Notes: generated by a model not told the origin, from the sequence alone. Counted from the first letter of the stretch, positions 13,277 through 24,069 are shown. The stretch: 64,000 nucleotides of DNA from Macrostomum lignano (GCA_002269645.1 NIVC01002221.1:1-64000), one strand, 5' to 3'. Translations and numbers: made by a program.

Positions 13277-15470
13277 CTGGGGGATGCTTGCTATCTGGGG
13301 GATGTGTTGCTGTCTGAGGGATGCTTGCTATCTGGGGGATGCTTGCTATCTGGGGGATGTGTTGCTGTCTGGGGGATGCTTGCTATCTGAGGGATGCTTG
13401 CTATCTGGGGGATGCTTGCTATCTGGGGGATGTGTTGCTGTCTGGGGGATGCTTGCTATCTAGGGGATGCTTGCTATCTGGGGGATGTGTTGCTGTCTGA
13501 GGGATGTGTTGCTGTCTGAGGGATGCTTGCTATCAGGGGGATGCTTGCTATCTGGGGGATGTGTTGCTGTCTGGGGGATGCTTGCTATCTGGGGGATGCT
13601 TGCTATCTGGGGGTGCTTGCTGCCTAGGGGATGCTTGCTATCTGGGGGATGCTTGCTATCTGGTGGATGCTTGCTGTCTGGGGGGATGCTTGCTATCTGG
13701 GGGATGCTTGCTGTCTGGGGGATGCTTGCTATCTGGGGGATGCTTGCTGTCTGGGGGATGCTTGCTGTCTGGGGGATGCTTGCTGTCTGGGGGATGCTTG
13801 CTATCTGCCTGGGGGATGCTTGCTATCTGGTGGATGCTTGCTGTCTGGGGGATGCTTGCTATCAGTATCTGCCTGGGGGATGCTTGCTACCAGTATCTGC
13901 CTGGGGGATGCTTGCTATCTGGGGGATGCTTGCTATCTGGGGGATGCTTGCTATCTGGTGGATGCTTGCTGTCTGGGGGATGCTTGCTATCAGTATCTGC
14001 CTGGGGGATGCTTGCTACCAGTATCTGCCTGGGGGATGCTTGCTATCGGGGGTATGCTTGCTATCTGGGGGATGCTTGCTATCTGGTGGATGCTTGCTGT
14101 CTGGGGGATGCTTGCTATCTGCCTGGGGGATGCTTGCTATCTGCCTGGGGAATGCTTGCTATCTGGTGGATGCTTGCTATCTGGGGGATGCTTGCTGTCT
14201 GGGGGGATGCTTGCTATCTGGGGGATGCTTGCTGTCTGGGGGATGCTTGCTATCTGCCTGGGGGATGCTTGCTGTCTGGGGGATGCTTGCTGTCTGGGGG
14301 ATGCTTGCTGTCTGGGGGATGCTTGCTATCTGCCTGGGGGATGCTTGCTATCTGGTGGATGCTTGCTGTCTGGGGGATGCTTGCTATCAGTATCTGCCTG
14401 GGGGATGCTTGCTACCAGTATCTGCCTGGGGGATGCTTGCTATCTGGGGGATGCTTGCTATCTGGGGGATGCTTGCTATCTGGTGGATGCTTGCTGTCTG
14501 GGGGATGCTTGCTATCTGCCTGGGGGATGCTTGCTATCTGCCTGGGGGATGCTTGCTATCTGGGGGATGCTTGCTATCTGGGGGATGCTTGCTATCTGGT
14601 GGATGCTTGCTGTCTGGGGGATGCTTGCTATCTGCCTGGGGAATGCTTGCTATCTGGTGGATGCTTGCTATCTGCCTGGGGGATGCTTGCTGTCTGGGGG
14701 ATGCTTGCTATCTGGGGGATGCTTGCTATCTGGTGGATGCTTGCTGTCTGGTGGGTGCTTGCTGTCTGGGGGATGCTTGCTATCTGGGGGATGCTTGCTA
14801 TCTGGGGGATGCTTGCTATCTGGGGGGATGCTTGCTATCTGGGGGGATGCTTGCTGTCTGGGGGATGCTTGCTATCAGTATCTGCCTGGGGGATGCTTGC
14901 TACCAGTATCTGCCTGGGGGATGCTTGCTATCTGGGGGATGCTTGCTATCTGGGGGATGCTTGCTATCTGGTGGATGCTTGCTGTCTGGGGGATGCTTGC
15001 TATCTGCCTGGGGGATGCTTGCTATCTGCCTGGGGGATGCTTGCTATCTGGGGGATGCTTGCTATCTGGGGGATGCTTGCTATCTGGTGGATGCTTGCTG
15101 TCTGGGGGATGCTTGTTATCTGCCTGGGGGATGCTTGCTATCTGCCTGGGGAATGCTTGCTATCTGGTGGATGCTTGCTATCTGGGGGATGCTTGCTGTC
15201 TGGGGGATGCTTGCTATCTGGGGGATGCTTGCTATCTGGTGGATGCTTGCTGTCTGGTGGGTGCTTGCTGTCTGGGGGATGCTTGCTATCTGGGGGATGC
15301 TTGCTATCTGGGGGATGCTTGCTATCTGGGGGATGCTTGCTGTCTGGGGGATGCTTGCTGTCTGGGGGATGCTTGCTATCTGGTGGATGCTTGCTATCTG
15401 GGGGATGCTTGCTATCTGGGGGATGCTTGCTATCTGGGGGATGCTTGCTGTCTGGGGGATGCTTGCTATT
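13277..15470 (+). repeat. ~18-bp minisatellite (TCTGGGGGATGCTTGCTA)n with variant units
   Basis: Direct reading of the tandem units; they produce low-complexity ORFs in several frames. Confidence 0.97.
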
Positions 15471-16826
15471 CAGGGGAATGCCTGTTATCTTTCTGAAGGC
15501 TTTATTTTGTTGTCATTTTGTTAATTTTGGAAAAAAAGAGATTTATAGCGAACGTCTTTGTCCGTGACAATTAATTTTACTAGAATAAAGTGATTTATAA
15601 AACTGAAGAAGGAATTGGTTCTTATGAAAATGTGCTTTTGTAATCTACTTGTATGAATAATCTTTGCTCCTTGCTTATTGGGGAGCGCACTAGATTGCTA
15701 GTTGTATCGAAATCTAGCTGGTTAACTGAATTGTTTTCGAGTCCTTGCCGGTAGGGTGCCTGATGGCTGTTGGGTAGGCAGTGCGACTGGGCGCGGATGA
15801 TGTGGCCTGCCAGCTGAAGTCGTCGACGGTGTAACCGGACGTCTAGACAGATGGATCAGGCCGGCGCGGCGATACGGCGATGAAATTTAATCTTCGTAGT
15901 TTGCAGAGACTTTATGTGCAGATCAGTTTTAGCTAGCTGAAATTCTAGCTAAATGCGAAGCTTTACATAGCAAATTTTTATTGTGAGCTGGAAGCATGAT
16001 ATAGATGAAAATTGACATAACAATGTAATCAATACTACCTCTGTGTGCTTTCTGCATGGAAATGTTGACGTTTTGGATTGTGAAACCGCGATGGACGAAA
16101 ATTCCCTTGCCCGTCTTTTTGCTCCGGGCTTGTGTGCCATAGAATGAATCGTATTATATTACTTAAAGTAGACGCGCTATTGCCCGGTCTTCAAGCTTTT
16201 GATCACGCTCACGAGCTGACGAGTTCGCTGGAACCGCATCCAGGCCAAATCATCCACGTTAAGAATTGTACTGCCTACAGCCGCGATGAGGGAGGTGCTG
16301 CTGCTGACGTTACAGGTGCTCTACCGGCTACCGCTAAGCACTGCACAATGCGTTTACTGCCGACTGGCTGACGCCGGCTGCCCAATGCGGTAGGTGGCGT
16401 AGCCTTCTATTCGCACTCAAGCTTTATGCTCACCATGTGATGACGTTGGTCTTTATTTATGATCTGTTGAAAGCGTAATCTTTGTTTTGCTTTGCGATAG
16501 AAAATAACAAACACGTAGTTTCAGTTACATAAATTTGATAGAGGAAATAGCTTTATAGAAACTTTAACCCAGGCCAAGTATTAATTTTTTGTTGTGTTAA
16601 TTTTAAACTTAACAGTAGAACTACCAAGAGGGGGGAAAAATTTCCCCCCCCCCCTGACAATTTTTTTTGCTGCGCCGGAACGGAGCAACGCAGGCACACG
16701 AAATTCAAGAACACGGGCTAACTTTTTGTTGCGCACCTTCTCAAACAAGAATCAAGTCGCCAGCCCTTCGGACCGTCGAGATATTCGACGATTCTGCCAG
16801 AAGGTCGGATTTTTCCCATAAGCGCT

Positions 16827-17131
16827 AGTAGTATAGAAAAAGACGCTTCTAGACCCAGAGCACTTTTTAATGGCCGTTTTAAGGGTCTAGAGGGGGGACA
16901 CGGGGGGTAAATAAAAAAACACATCTAAACACCATTAATACATCTAATCACCCATAATCACCCCTAACAATAAAAATCACTTCCCAACACTTCCAAACAC
17001 TCCCTAACACCCCCCTCGCGTCCCCCCTCTTAAGACCTTACAAACGGCCATTAAAATAAGGTCTGATCTAGAAGCGTCTTTTTCTATACTACTACTCTAT
17101 AACCCCTTGCCCGCGCCGCAGGCGCGAAGGG
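16827..17131 (+). repeat. Left terminal inverted repeat, containing an internal fold-back
   Basis: Matches the reverse complement of 35665-36043, with divergence in the middle. Arms 16827-16908 and 17009-17096 are themselves inverted copies. Confidence 0.9.
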
Positions 17132-17150
17132 TCTTTTTCTGTTACTAAAA

Positions 17151-17465
17151 ATGACCCGAGTTTACACCTTTTCTGTTAGTGATACTTTTGAGACTGTTGC
17201 TAAAAATGCAGAGATAATAAAACAACATATTTTGAATGGAATAATTGATGAAGTTTATTTAAAATATGACGACAAGCACGACCTAAAACTTTATCCATTA
17301 GAGCTAGATGAGATGTATGATTTAGAACAAGAGGGTGAGTTAATATTTCAACTTGGAGATTATTTAAATTCGGATGATTGGGAGGTTAGATCAACAGATT
17401 CCGAATCAACAAATAGTTCATATGAAACCAGTGATTCAGAGAATGAAAGTGAAATTTTTATGTGA
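17151..17465 (+). CDS. Polinton hypothetical protein, 104 aa, acidic C-terminus
   Basis: ORF with AAAATG start right inside the left TIR; no recognisable domain. Confidence 0.6.
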   Translation: MTRVYTFSVSDTFETVAKNAEIIKQHILNGIIDEVYLKYDDKHDLKLYPLELDEMYDLEQEGELIFQLGDYLNSDDWEVRSTDSESTNSSYETSDSENESEIFM

Positions 17466-17538
17466 AAAAAATATTAAAAAAATGAACTATTATTCTATAA
17501 CAGAAACGACATTTATTGTGAAAAATATATATAAAAAA

Positions 17539-17706
17539 ATGAAGGTAAACTATTCCTACATCGGAAATGTGCCGATTAATGAACTTAATGAAAATTTAAG
17601 TTTGATAACAGTTGAACAAATGTCAATAATAATATTAGTAACAATTATAGTAATAATATTGTTTTTGTTTGTTATAAAAAATTTACTACCATGTTGTCTC
17701 AAGTAA
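17539..17706 (+). CDS. Small single-pass membrane protein (55 aa) ending in a dicysteine motif
   Basis: AAAAAAATG start at 17539; hydrophobic stretch IIILVTIIVIILFLFVI followed by KNLLPCCLK. Confidence 0.45.
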   Translation: MKVNYSYIGNVPINELNENLSLITVEQMSIIILVTIIVIILFLFVIKNLLPCCLK

Positions 17707-17716
17707 TTGTTCGAAC

Positions 17717-19319
17717 TTAGTTCGCTGATATTAGTTGGTTCTCATAAAACGAACCCAATATTTCTTCACCGTCCTTATCAGCAATTATATAGGTTGTAGG
17801 ATTGGTATTTAAAACTTTACTGATAGTAAATTTCTCACTTATCTTCCAATATCCTTTTCTTCCTTTTTCAAACTTATCTTTCCATTTATAGATATAAACA
17901 GAATCACCAACCTTAAAAGATTTCTTTTTATTTTTTTCAAATTTTCCAAAAGTAACTTTAACGTTTTCAGGATTGTTATAAGCTTGTTGAGGAGTCATCT
18001 TTATCGCCGAATGATATGAATTGTTATAATCTTTCACTACGTCTGGTAATATTTTTACCCATTTTTGGTTACCATTAAGACTAAACTGAAACCATAATTT
18101 CTTACCTAAAGTTCTATTAAATCTTTCTATTAATGCGTTTTTACTCTCTCCATAAATAGAATAAATTTTATTAATATACTCCCCATTCGCGTCTTTTTTT
18201 CTTTCTTGTCCTTTTTCAAAATGATATAATTTATACATATGAGGATTGTAAAATTCTTTTCCTTCGTCAACACACAAACGTTCGCTTTTTTCTCCAAGAC
18301 TTCTAAAAGCAGCAGCAACCTCCTCTCCCTTTTTGGATTTTAAAGGAACAGCCCACGCGTATCGAGTAAAACCATCTAATATGGTTAAGATATATTTATA
18401 TCCCAGATCTTTCGGCATCGACATTAAATCAGCATACCAAATTTCATTCTTTTTGAAGTTCATGATTTTTCTATAAAATTTAGGTTTTCGATATTCTTTA
18501 TGAAGAATCTTTGCCTCATCAGAACTTAACCCACTGCCACTTAATAGTAAACACTCAACACAATTATTTCCATGTTGATTATAATTAATTCCCAAACCAA
18601 ATTTAACTTTAGATTGTAGAATTTTTTTAACCATCCACCTAGTTAATCTTTGCCCTACCGATAATCCCTGCAAGTTATCTAATCCTTGAATCATTTTTTG
18701 ATCGGCTTCATGTTTTAATCTTAATGCTTCCTCGGGTGAGTTCTTATCAGCATCTCTGTATGCTAAGTCATGATAGTATGCTAACCAATCAATACCGTTA
18801 ATGGGAATTGAATCGGCTTTTGGAGTATTATCAGGATTTAATCGGAGATCGAGTCGAGTCAACCCGGCCTTTATACCTTTGCTTTCACAAAGGAGTAGAC
18901 TGTGTCTTAAGCTATCATAAGGATTGACTAAGTCCTTCAAGCCCACCAGCGTACAGTCGTTGCATCTCAACCATACTCAAGTCATATGAGGTTAGGTTTT
19001 CGATTCACTCTTGCCCATATATTTATCTTCAAGCTTGTTACCGTTGGGAAGAGGAGTTACCTCTGTTCCTTTGTAATCTTTCGAAAACAAAGTGGTACTT
19101 GAAGCTTTAGGGGATTGAGTGAGCGGCTGGTGTTGCCACTAATAGTGACTAGCAGTAGCTTTGCATCTACCACTCGGGCACAGCTCGAGCTCCACCCGCG
19201 AAGTTGTAAGATGGGATGTGTAATTCATTTGTATACCTTCCAGTAGTAAAGATTGGTGGTAAGCTTGTTAATCCTTTTTGAACATCTAACAATCCTCCTT
19301 CAAACACTATTTGGCTCAT
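17717..19319 (-). CDS. Parvovirus-type phospholipase A2 domain fused to a retroviral-like (rve) DDE integrase; exons 19319-19194 and 18859-17717 joined by removal of a group I intron (422 aa spliced)
   Basis: Exon 1: MSQIVFEGGLLD...ELHIPSYNFAG. Exon 2: TRLDLRLNPD...PINGIDWLAYYHDLAYRDAD...ADQKM (PLA2 HD motif), then the integrase triad WYADL / LCVDEGKEFYN / IERFNRTL and the C-terminal FKVGDSVYI...GSFYENQL region. The two exons are in frame. Confidence 0.9.
18860..19193 (-). ncRNA. Group I self-splicing intron, IC1-like, 334 nt, no internal ORF
   Basis: Minus-strand pairings: P1 CGGGU/GCCCG with a U-G wobble at the 5' splice site; P2 AGUGGUAG/CUACUGCU; P3 CACCAGC (19132-19126)/GCUGGUG (18950-18944); P4 UCACUC/GAGUGA; P5abc with AGUACC...GGUAACAAGC and a GAAA L5b loop; P6 AUC/GAU; P6a AACC/GGUU with CCUAA..UAUGG; P7 GACUGU (18958-18953)/ACAGUC (18903-18898); P9 CCUUUGU-GAAA-GCAAAGG; terminal G at 18860. 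Confidence 0.93.
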
Positions 19320-19917
19320 TTTTAATAGCCTTAAAAATACATGAAAGCACCAATTGTTTTGCAAATTCTTCTATGGTTGGTTGTTTATCATTTTTTGAAA
19401 TATTATCTACAGCAACTAAGTATCTTTTATTTCTCCAATTTTCAGACTTTTTAATTTGTTCTTCATCGCGATAATCAAAAGATGAAGCAGGAATAAAATG
19501 GTCAACATGCAAAACACCAATATAATCTTTTGGCACATAATAATGTTTTGTGAAATTTAACCAATCAGTAAAGAATTCAATTGAGCAACCAAGGTAATCA
19601 ACAGTATGATTATTTTTTCGAGCATTATTAGATTTTAGAAGAGAATATATTCTATTTCGTGTGTTTAAAATAAGTTTGTAATTTTCATCAGTTAATCTTC
19701 TTTCATTTTGATATTTTCTGCGCCTTTCTATATTATTTTTATCATATTCTTTTTTCCATTGAAGCTTATATTCACGATTTTTCTCATACCATTCTTTATC
19801 ATACTTTCTCTCACAAGGTTTGCAAATACTATAATATCTATTTTGATCTCTACGAAATCTAAAATAATCCAAAATTTTCTCTTCTTTACATTTATTACAA
19901 ATTTTTGTTTCATCCAT
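19300..19917 (-). CDS. Free-standing HNH-family endonuclease with N-terminal Cys4 zinc finger
   Basis: CNKC...CKPC at the N-terminus; YLGCS...LHVDHFIP...NWRN..YL...DNISKNDK matches the HNH (H-N-N) pattern. Its stop overlaps the start of the PLA2-integrase gene. Confidence 0.8.
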   Translation of the reverse strand: MDETKICNKCKEEKILDYFRFRRDQNRYYSICKPCERKYDKEWYEKNREYKLQWKKEYDKNNIERRRKYQNERRLTDENYKLILNTRNRIYSLLKSNNARKNNHTVDYLGCSIEFFTDWLNFTKHYYVPKDYIGVLHVDHFIPASSFDYRDEEQIKKSENWRNKRYLVAVDNISKNDKQPTIEEFAKQLVLSCIFKAIKNEPNSV

Positions 19918-19945
19918 TTTATAAAAAAATAAATTTAACAATTAA

Positions 19946-20624
19946 TTAAACACCAGTATGTCCAGCAGCTTTCGCAGCAGCTAAAATAAGTTTTCGTGGT
20001 GTTTTAAATCCATCACCAACAGCTGGTTTGTTATTTATAGAATTAACAATCCATTTATACAAGCTGGTATTTTTAACAGCTCCTCCTAAATCATCATAAA
20101 AAATTCTAGCACTTACTAAATCATTCTTAGTATAAAAATCAGGGTTAAACTTAACCCTAGGGTTAGTAATAATTCTATATGCTCCGCCCAATTCTCTATA
20201 TAGTTCATTTCGATCTTTATCAACGTTACCAATTCGGTAATTATTATTACCTAAATCTGTCACAGCAATACTAGCTGGTACTCTTGGAAATTGTTTAACT
20301 TCTTCACCCCTTTCTGCAGCCCTAATCTCTGCACGTCTAATCTCTGCAACTCTCAATTGAGCTTGATCAACATCATAAGTAGGCGGCTCATCTAAAAGTT
20401 CATCCTCTTTTGGCTCCGTATTTTTAGCAATTTTTGTTATCTTTATCTGTTTTTTCTAGTTCACTAATTTTCCCAGTAATAGGATTAACAAAAGGAGCAG
20501 CAAATCTTTCACCCGCTAATTGTATTCCTAACTTTCTTTTTTGTAAATTTCTAACAAAATCAGAATATCTTTGCTTCTCTTTATAAATCGCTAACTCTCC
20601 ATCAACGTCCATAAATTGACTCAT
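19946..20624 (-). CDS. Polinton hypothetical protein (one gene broken by a frameshift near 20420)
   Basis: ORFs 20424-20624 and 19946-20356 are adjacent on the same strand, and the intervening sequence continues as coding-like acidic/proline text. No domain recognised. Confidence 0.55.
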
Positions 20625-20658
20625 TTTTTAACATAAAAAACTTTTTTAACTTAAAAAA

Positions 20659-22128
20659 ATGGCTGAAACAAAAACTATGTGGAGTGATAAATTTCATTTC
20701 AAAAAGCACCGACAGTATATTAATGAGGTCAGAGCAAGAGATTTAAATTATACCCTACCAACAAGTGATAATTCAAATAACTTTACTACTGGAACGGTAA
20801 CTTTTGACATCGGCGCAACCAACACTATATTGGATATGAAAAATGCGTTTTTCCGCGTTAGATGGTTGTATACTAGAAATGATGGAACTGCTCTTGCAGC
20901 CGGAGATATCGCAGATCGATCCGGAATAATAATAGAAAATGATTGGTTTTATAAATGTTTTTCCCAAGCTCAACTAACTGTTAATGGTGCTGAGGTTGAG
21001 ACATCATCAAACCCCGCAGAGATTAATGGAGTTTTGAAACATTTAAATTATACTTATTTATCAAAACAAGTTGGTGATAATGTTGGGTGGATGCCGGATA
21101 AAGGTAACGGTCAAGCAGTAGTTTTCCCTAATGTACAAAACGCAGCCGGTGCAGATACTGCAGCGCTAATTGTTTACCTTAATACAAACATAGTTCCAGT
21201 TGTAACCACTATGACTAATACAAAAGATATTAATACTGGTTTTATAGATCGTCAGAATAAATTCCCAGTCGCGGTTTTAACCACAGCAACAGCATATGAG
21301 CAGGACTTTTCAATCTTCCCGCTATTTGGGTTCTTCTCACCAAATCGGGTATGGAAAGGATTAAAATTTGGGATACAGTTGCAAATATCTGGTGGATATC
21401 AGCCTAGGATACTTTATGGAACCTCAATTTCAACCGATATAGCAGTTCGTATAGATTCAATTCAATTAGTCGTACCAACTATTGAGGTAACAGCCCCACT
21501 TTTAAAACACATCGATAATCAGTTAACGCATGATCAGGAAATATTTTATTTGAATCGTCGACATTTTATGCGAACCATTAATAATAACCAGGATTCATTC
21601 CAGTGGCAAATACTGACATCAAAACGTCGGGTGAGATATATTTTTGTTTGGTTTAAGATAACAAATAGAAGGAGTAAAAGAGCAAATGGGGATTTATATT
21701 GGCTTCAATCCGGTGCCATAGCAGAACAAGCAGCCACCGCAACAGACAATGCGGCTGCAGCTATTAACGAGTTTAATGTTCAGAATATCCGCCTGCAGGT
21801 TGATGATCAATATTATCCGTTAAAGATCCTCTAATCTAAATATAGCAAATAATAATGTTAATGATTTTAAAAATATTATCAAGATTATGCTAAAAATGAA
21901 GCGTATGCCGTCCCTCAGTACACACCCACAGAGTTTCTAAACATTCATCCAGTGGTTGTTTATGATCTAACGGCACAGAAAGAAAACGTAGCCAATATTG
22001 GACTTAATTATATGTTAGAGATTAATAAAACCGGTAATCAGGCACTTGACGCCCACGTATTGTTTCTAGAGGAATATATGTCAATTGCTAAAGCTGATGG
22101 CACGATTGTTCGGGACGCGCCACTTTAG
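20659..22128 (+). CDS. Major capsid protein (double jelly-roll, Polinton PY/hexon-like); frameshifts near 21820-21870
   Basis: ORF 20659-21834 has TVTFDI...LDMKNAFF, FSQAQLTVNGAEVE, FPLFGF, WQI...VRYIFVWFK and NIRLQVDDQYYP. It continues in a shifted frame as YYQDY...FLNIHPVVVYDLT...AHVLFLEE to TAG at 22128. Confidence 0.85.
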
Positions 22129-22212
22129 TGTCGCAGTGCAAAGCACGTCGCACCATTGTAAAATGAGTGCAGGTCTCCGACCGTCGCGCCTATTTAAATT
22201 ATTTCTTTAAAA

Positions 22213-23012
22213 ATGGTAAAGGCAAAACACAATAAATATTTCCAAATGATCCTTTTCTTTGTTTAGTAATCGGAGGATCAGGTAAAGGAAAAACACACTT
22301 TGTTTACGATTTATTAACAACAGATGGAATGTTAGACTATAATAATTTAATAATTTATACTAATAAACCTAGAATAAAATATTATGAATTTCTTAAACAT
22401 GGATTAAAAAACAAATTAAAAAAAGATGTCTTGTTTAGAATGTTAAGAGCATATGAGCAATATGAGGATGATGACGAACCGCGATTTAATCTAGCAGACA
22501 TTGAGGATTTATGTAAAACAATGGCACAACAGCCAGAAAACATCACCGATCGCCCCGAAGGGTCGCGGACTTCGTCCGATCGAGCCCCAACTGTTAGAGT
22601 ATCAACCCGATTAGCCTATGATCAAATTCCAAAACATGATAAAACACTAATTATTTTTGATGATTGTATTAATGACGGTGATCAAGAATTGCAAAAGGAA
22701 ATTTTTGTTAGTGGTAGAGGAGATGGAATTGGAGCTTTTTATCTTACTCAATCCTTTAGAGAATTAGAATCGATTATAAAAAAGAATGCTAGCTGTTGTG
22801 TAATGTTTGATTTAGATAATTATGATTTACAAAATATACACGCTAGATTTAATCCCGGATTGGATGCAAAACCATTTAAAAGTATGTGTAAAAAAATTTG
22901 GGATGATAGCCAATACAAACATATTTATATCAATCCGAGGTTAGAAAGGAAACATAGAATTTTAACAAATTTGATAAAAGAAGATAATGAGGAAGAAGAG
23001 GATCGTGCATAG
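22213..23012 (+). CDS. A32/FtsK-like DNA packaging ATPase; 1-nt frameshift near 22240
   Basis: MVKAKHNKYF, then PNDPFLCLVIGGSGKGKT (Walker A at 22272, in frame with ORF 22329-23012), LIIFDDC (Walker B), SGR (arginine finger) and FYLTQS. Confidence 0.92.
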
Positions 23013-23064
23013 CACGCGTACCTTCGGAACGCGGACTTCGTCCGATTAATTTCCCACTATAAAA

Positions 23065-23849
23065 ATGACTACAAATTTAAATACTATAAAACAATTGGTA
23101 GATCGAACTAATTCAAAATTTAGTACAACATTACAGTTTATAATGACAACCAGCGAGCAACGGATTCAATTGCGCGATCCATTACAACTTGATCAAAGCC
23201 TAAGTTATCAAATAGGTTTAATACTATTTTCGGTTTTCAACATGCCTCAATTAATTAATGCAACAAATAATCAATTTAGATATTCTAAAGATTCCGGAGC
23301 CAATTGGACAACATTTAGCGTTAACCCAGGAGCGTATAGCTATACTGATTTGAATGCTTATATAGAAGGAGAATTAACATCTAACGGCGATTGGGTAGCA
23401 GGCGCATTGTTATAGGTGTTGATTTACCGTCTGGCAGATTCACACTATCACTAGGATCCGGATATCAGGTTGATTTCACAATTGCAAATTCACTCAGAAT
23501 CATACTTGGATTTAATTCCCGAATAGTTACCACATCAAGCACCGGTGATACAGTTGGAAATATAGAGGGTGGAGTAAATACAATTAATATAACAACCGAC
23601 ATTTCAAACGGTGGTTATATAACAGACGATAACGGAGTTTTGGTTCAACGTGGAATTATTTATTCAATCCCATTTCTTGCTGTTCCAATTGGAGAGAAAA
23701 TGATTGTATCACCTCAAACCCCAATATATTACCCATTAAATCAATATAATGTTCAATCAATTTATATTAGGATTGTAGATGAAAGCGATAGATTAATAAG
23801 TTTTGGTGGGCAGTCAATAACAGTGATTTTACGTATAAAACAGGTTTAG
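23065..23849 (+). CDS. Minor capsid protein (penton, Polinton PX); frameshift near 23405
   Basis: ORFs 23065-23415 and 23391-23849 give DPLQLD...YQIGL, NATNNQFRY, PGAYSYTDLN, SLRIILGF, IIYSIP...PIYYPL...IYIRIVDE..RLISFGG..ITVILRIK. Confidence 0.85.
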
Positions 23850-23859
23850 TACTGTAAAA

Positions 23860-24069
23860 ATGGGTAATCGAACAACATGTTCGCGTGCAAAGCACGATAA
23901 TAATAATAATTTAATAAAAAAACAATCAGAAAAAGTTAAAAAAGCTGAAGATAATTACGAACTAGAACTAGCAAAATTAAGGCAGTTACAAGCTGATAAA
24001 ATAAGAAAGGAATTGTTAAAACCCAAACCAACGAAACTAACTAAAACCAAGAGTTTTTCAGGAACATAA
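23860..24069 (+). CDS. Small basic coiled-coil protein (69 aa)
   Basis: AAAAATG start, Lys-rich, packed between the penton and protease genes. Confidence 0.55.
   Translation: MGNRTTCSRAKHDNNNNLIKKQSEKVKKAEDNYELELAKLRQLQADKIRKELLKPKPTKLTKTKSFSGT

Noticed and set aside
13467-15567. 600-690-aa ORFs (MLAIWG / GGCLLS / LGDACY repeats), and the equivalents at 42032-43593
   Set aside because: They are translations of the 18-bp satellite, open in several frames and both strands because the unit lacks stops.
18860-18970. N-terminal 37 aa (MRCNDC...) of the 417-aa ORF as real protein
   Set aside because: It starts at a TTG inside the group I intron and encodes the P6-P9 RNA core; the real N-terminus is exon 19319-19194.
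18860-19193. Spliceosomal intron or nested DNA transposon as the explanation for the insert
   Set aside because: Ends are GG and TG rather than GT-AG, there are no TIRs or TSD, and the group I core pairings account for the whole sequence.
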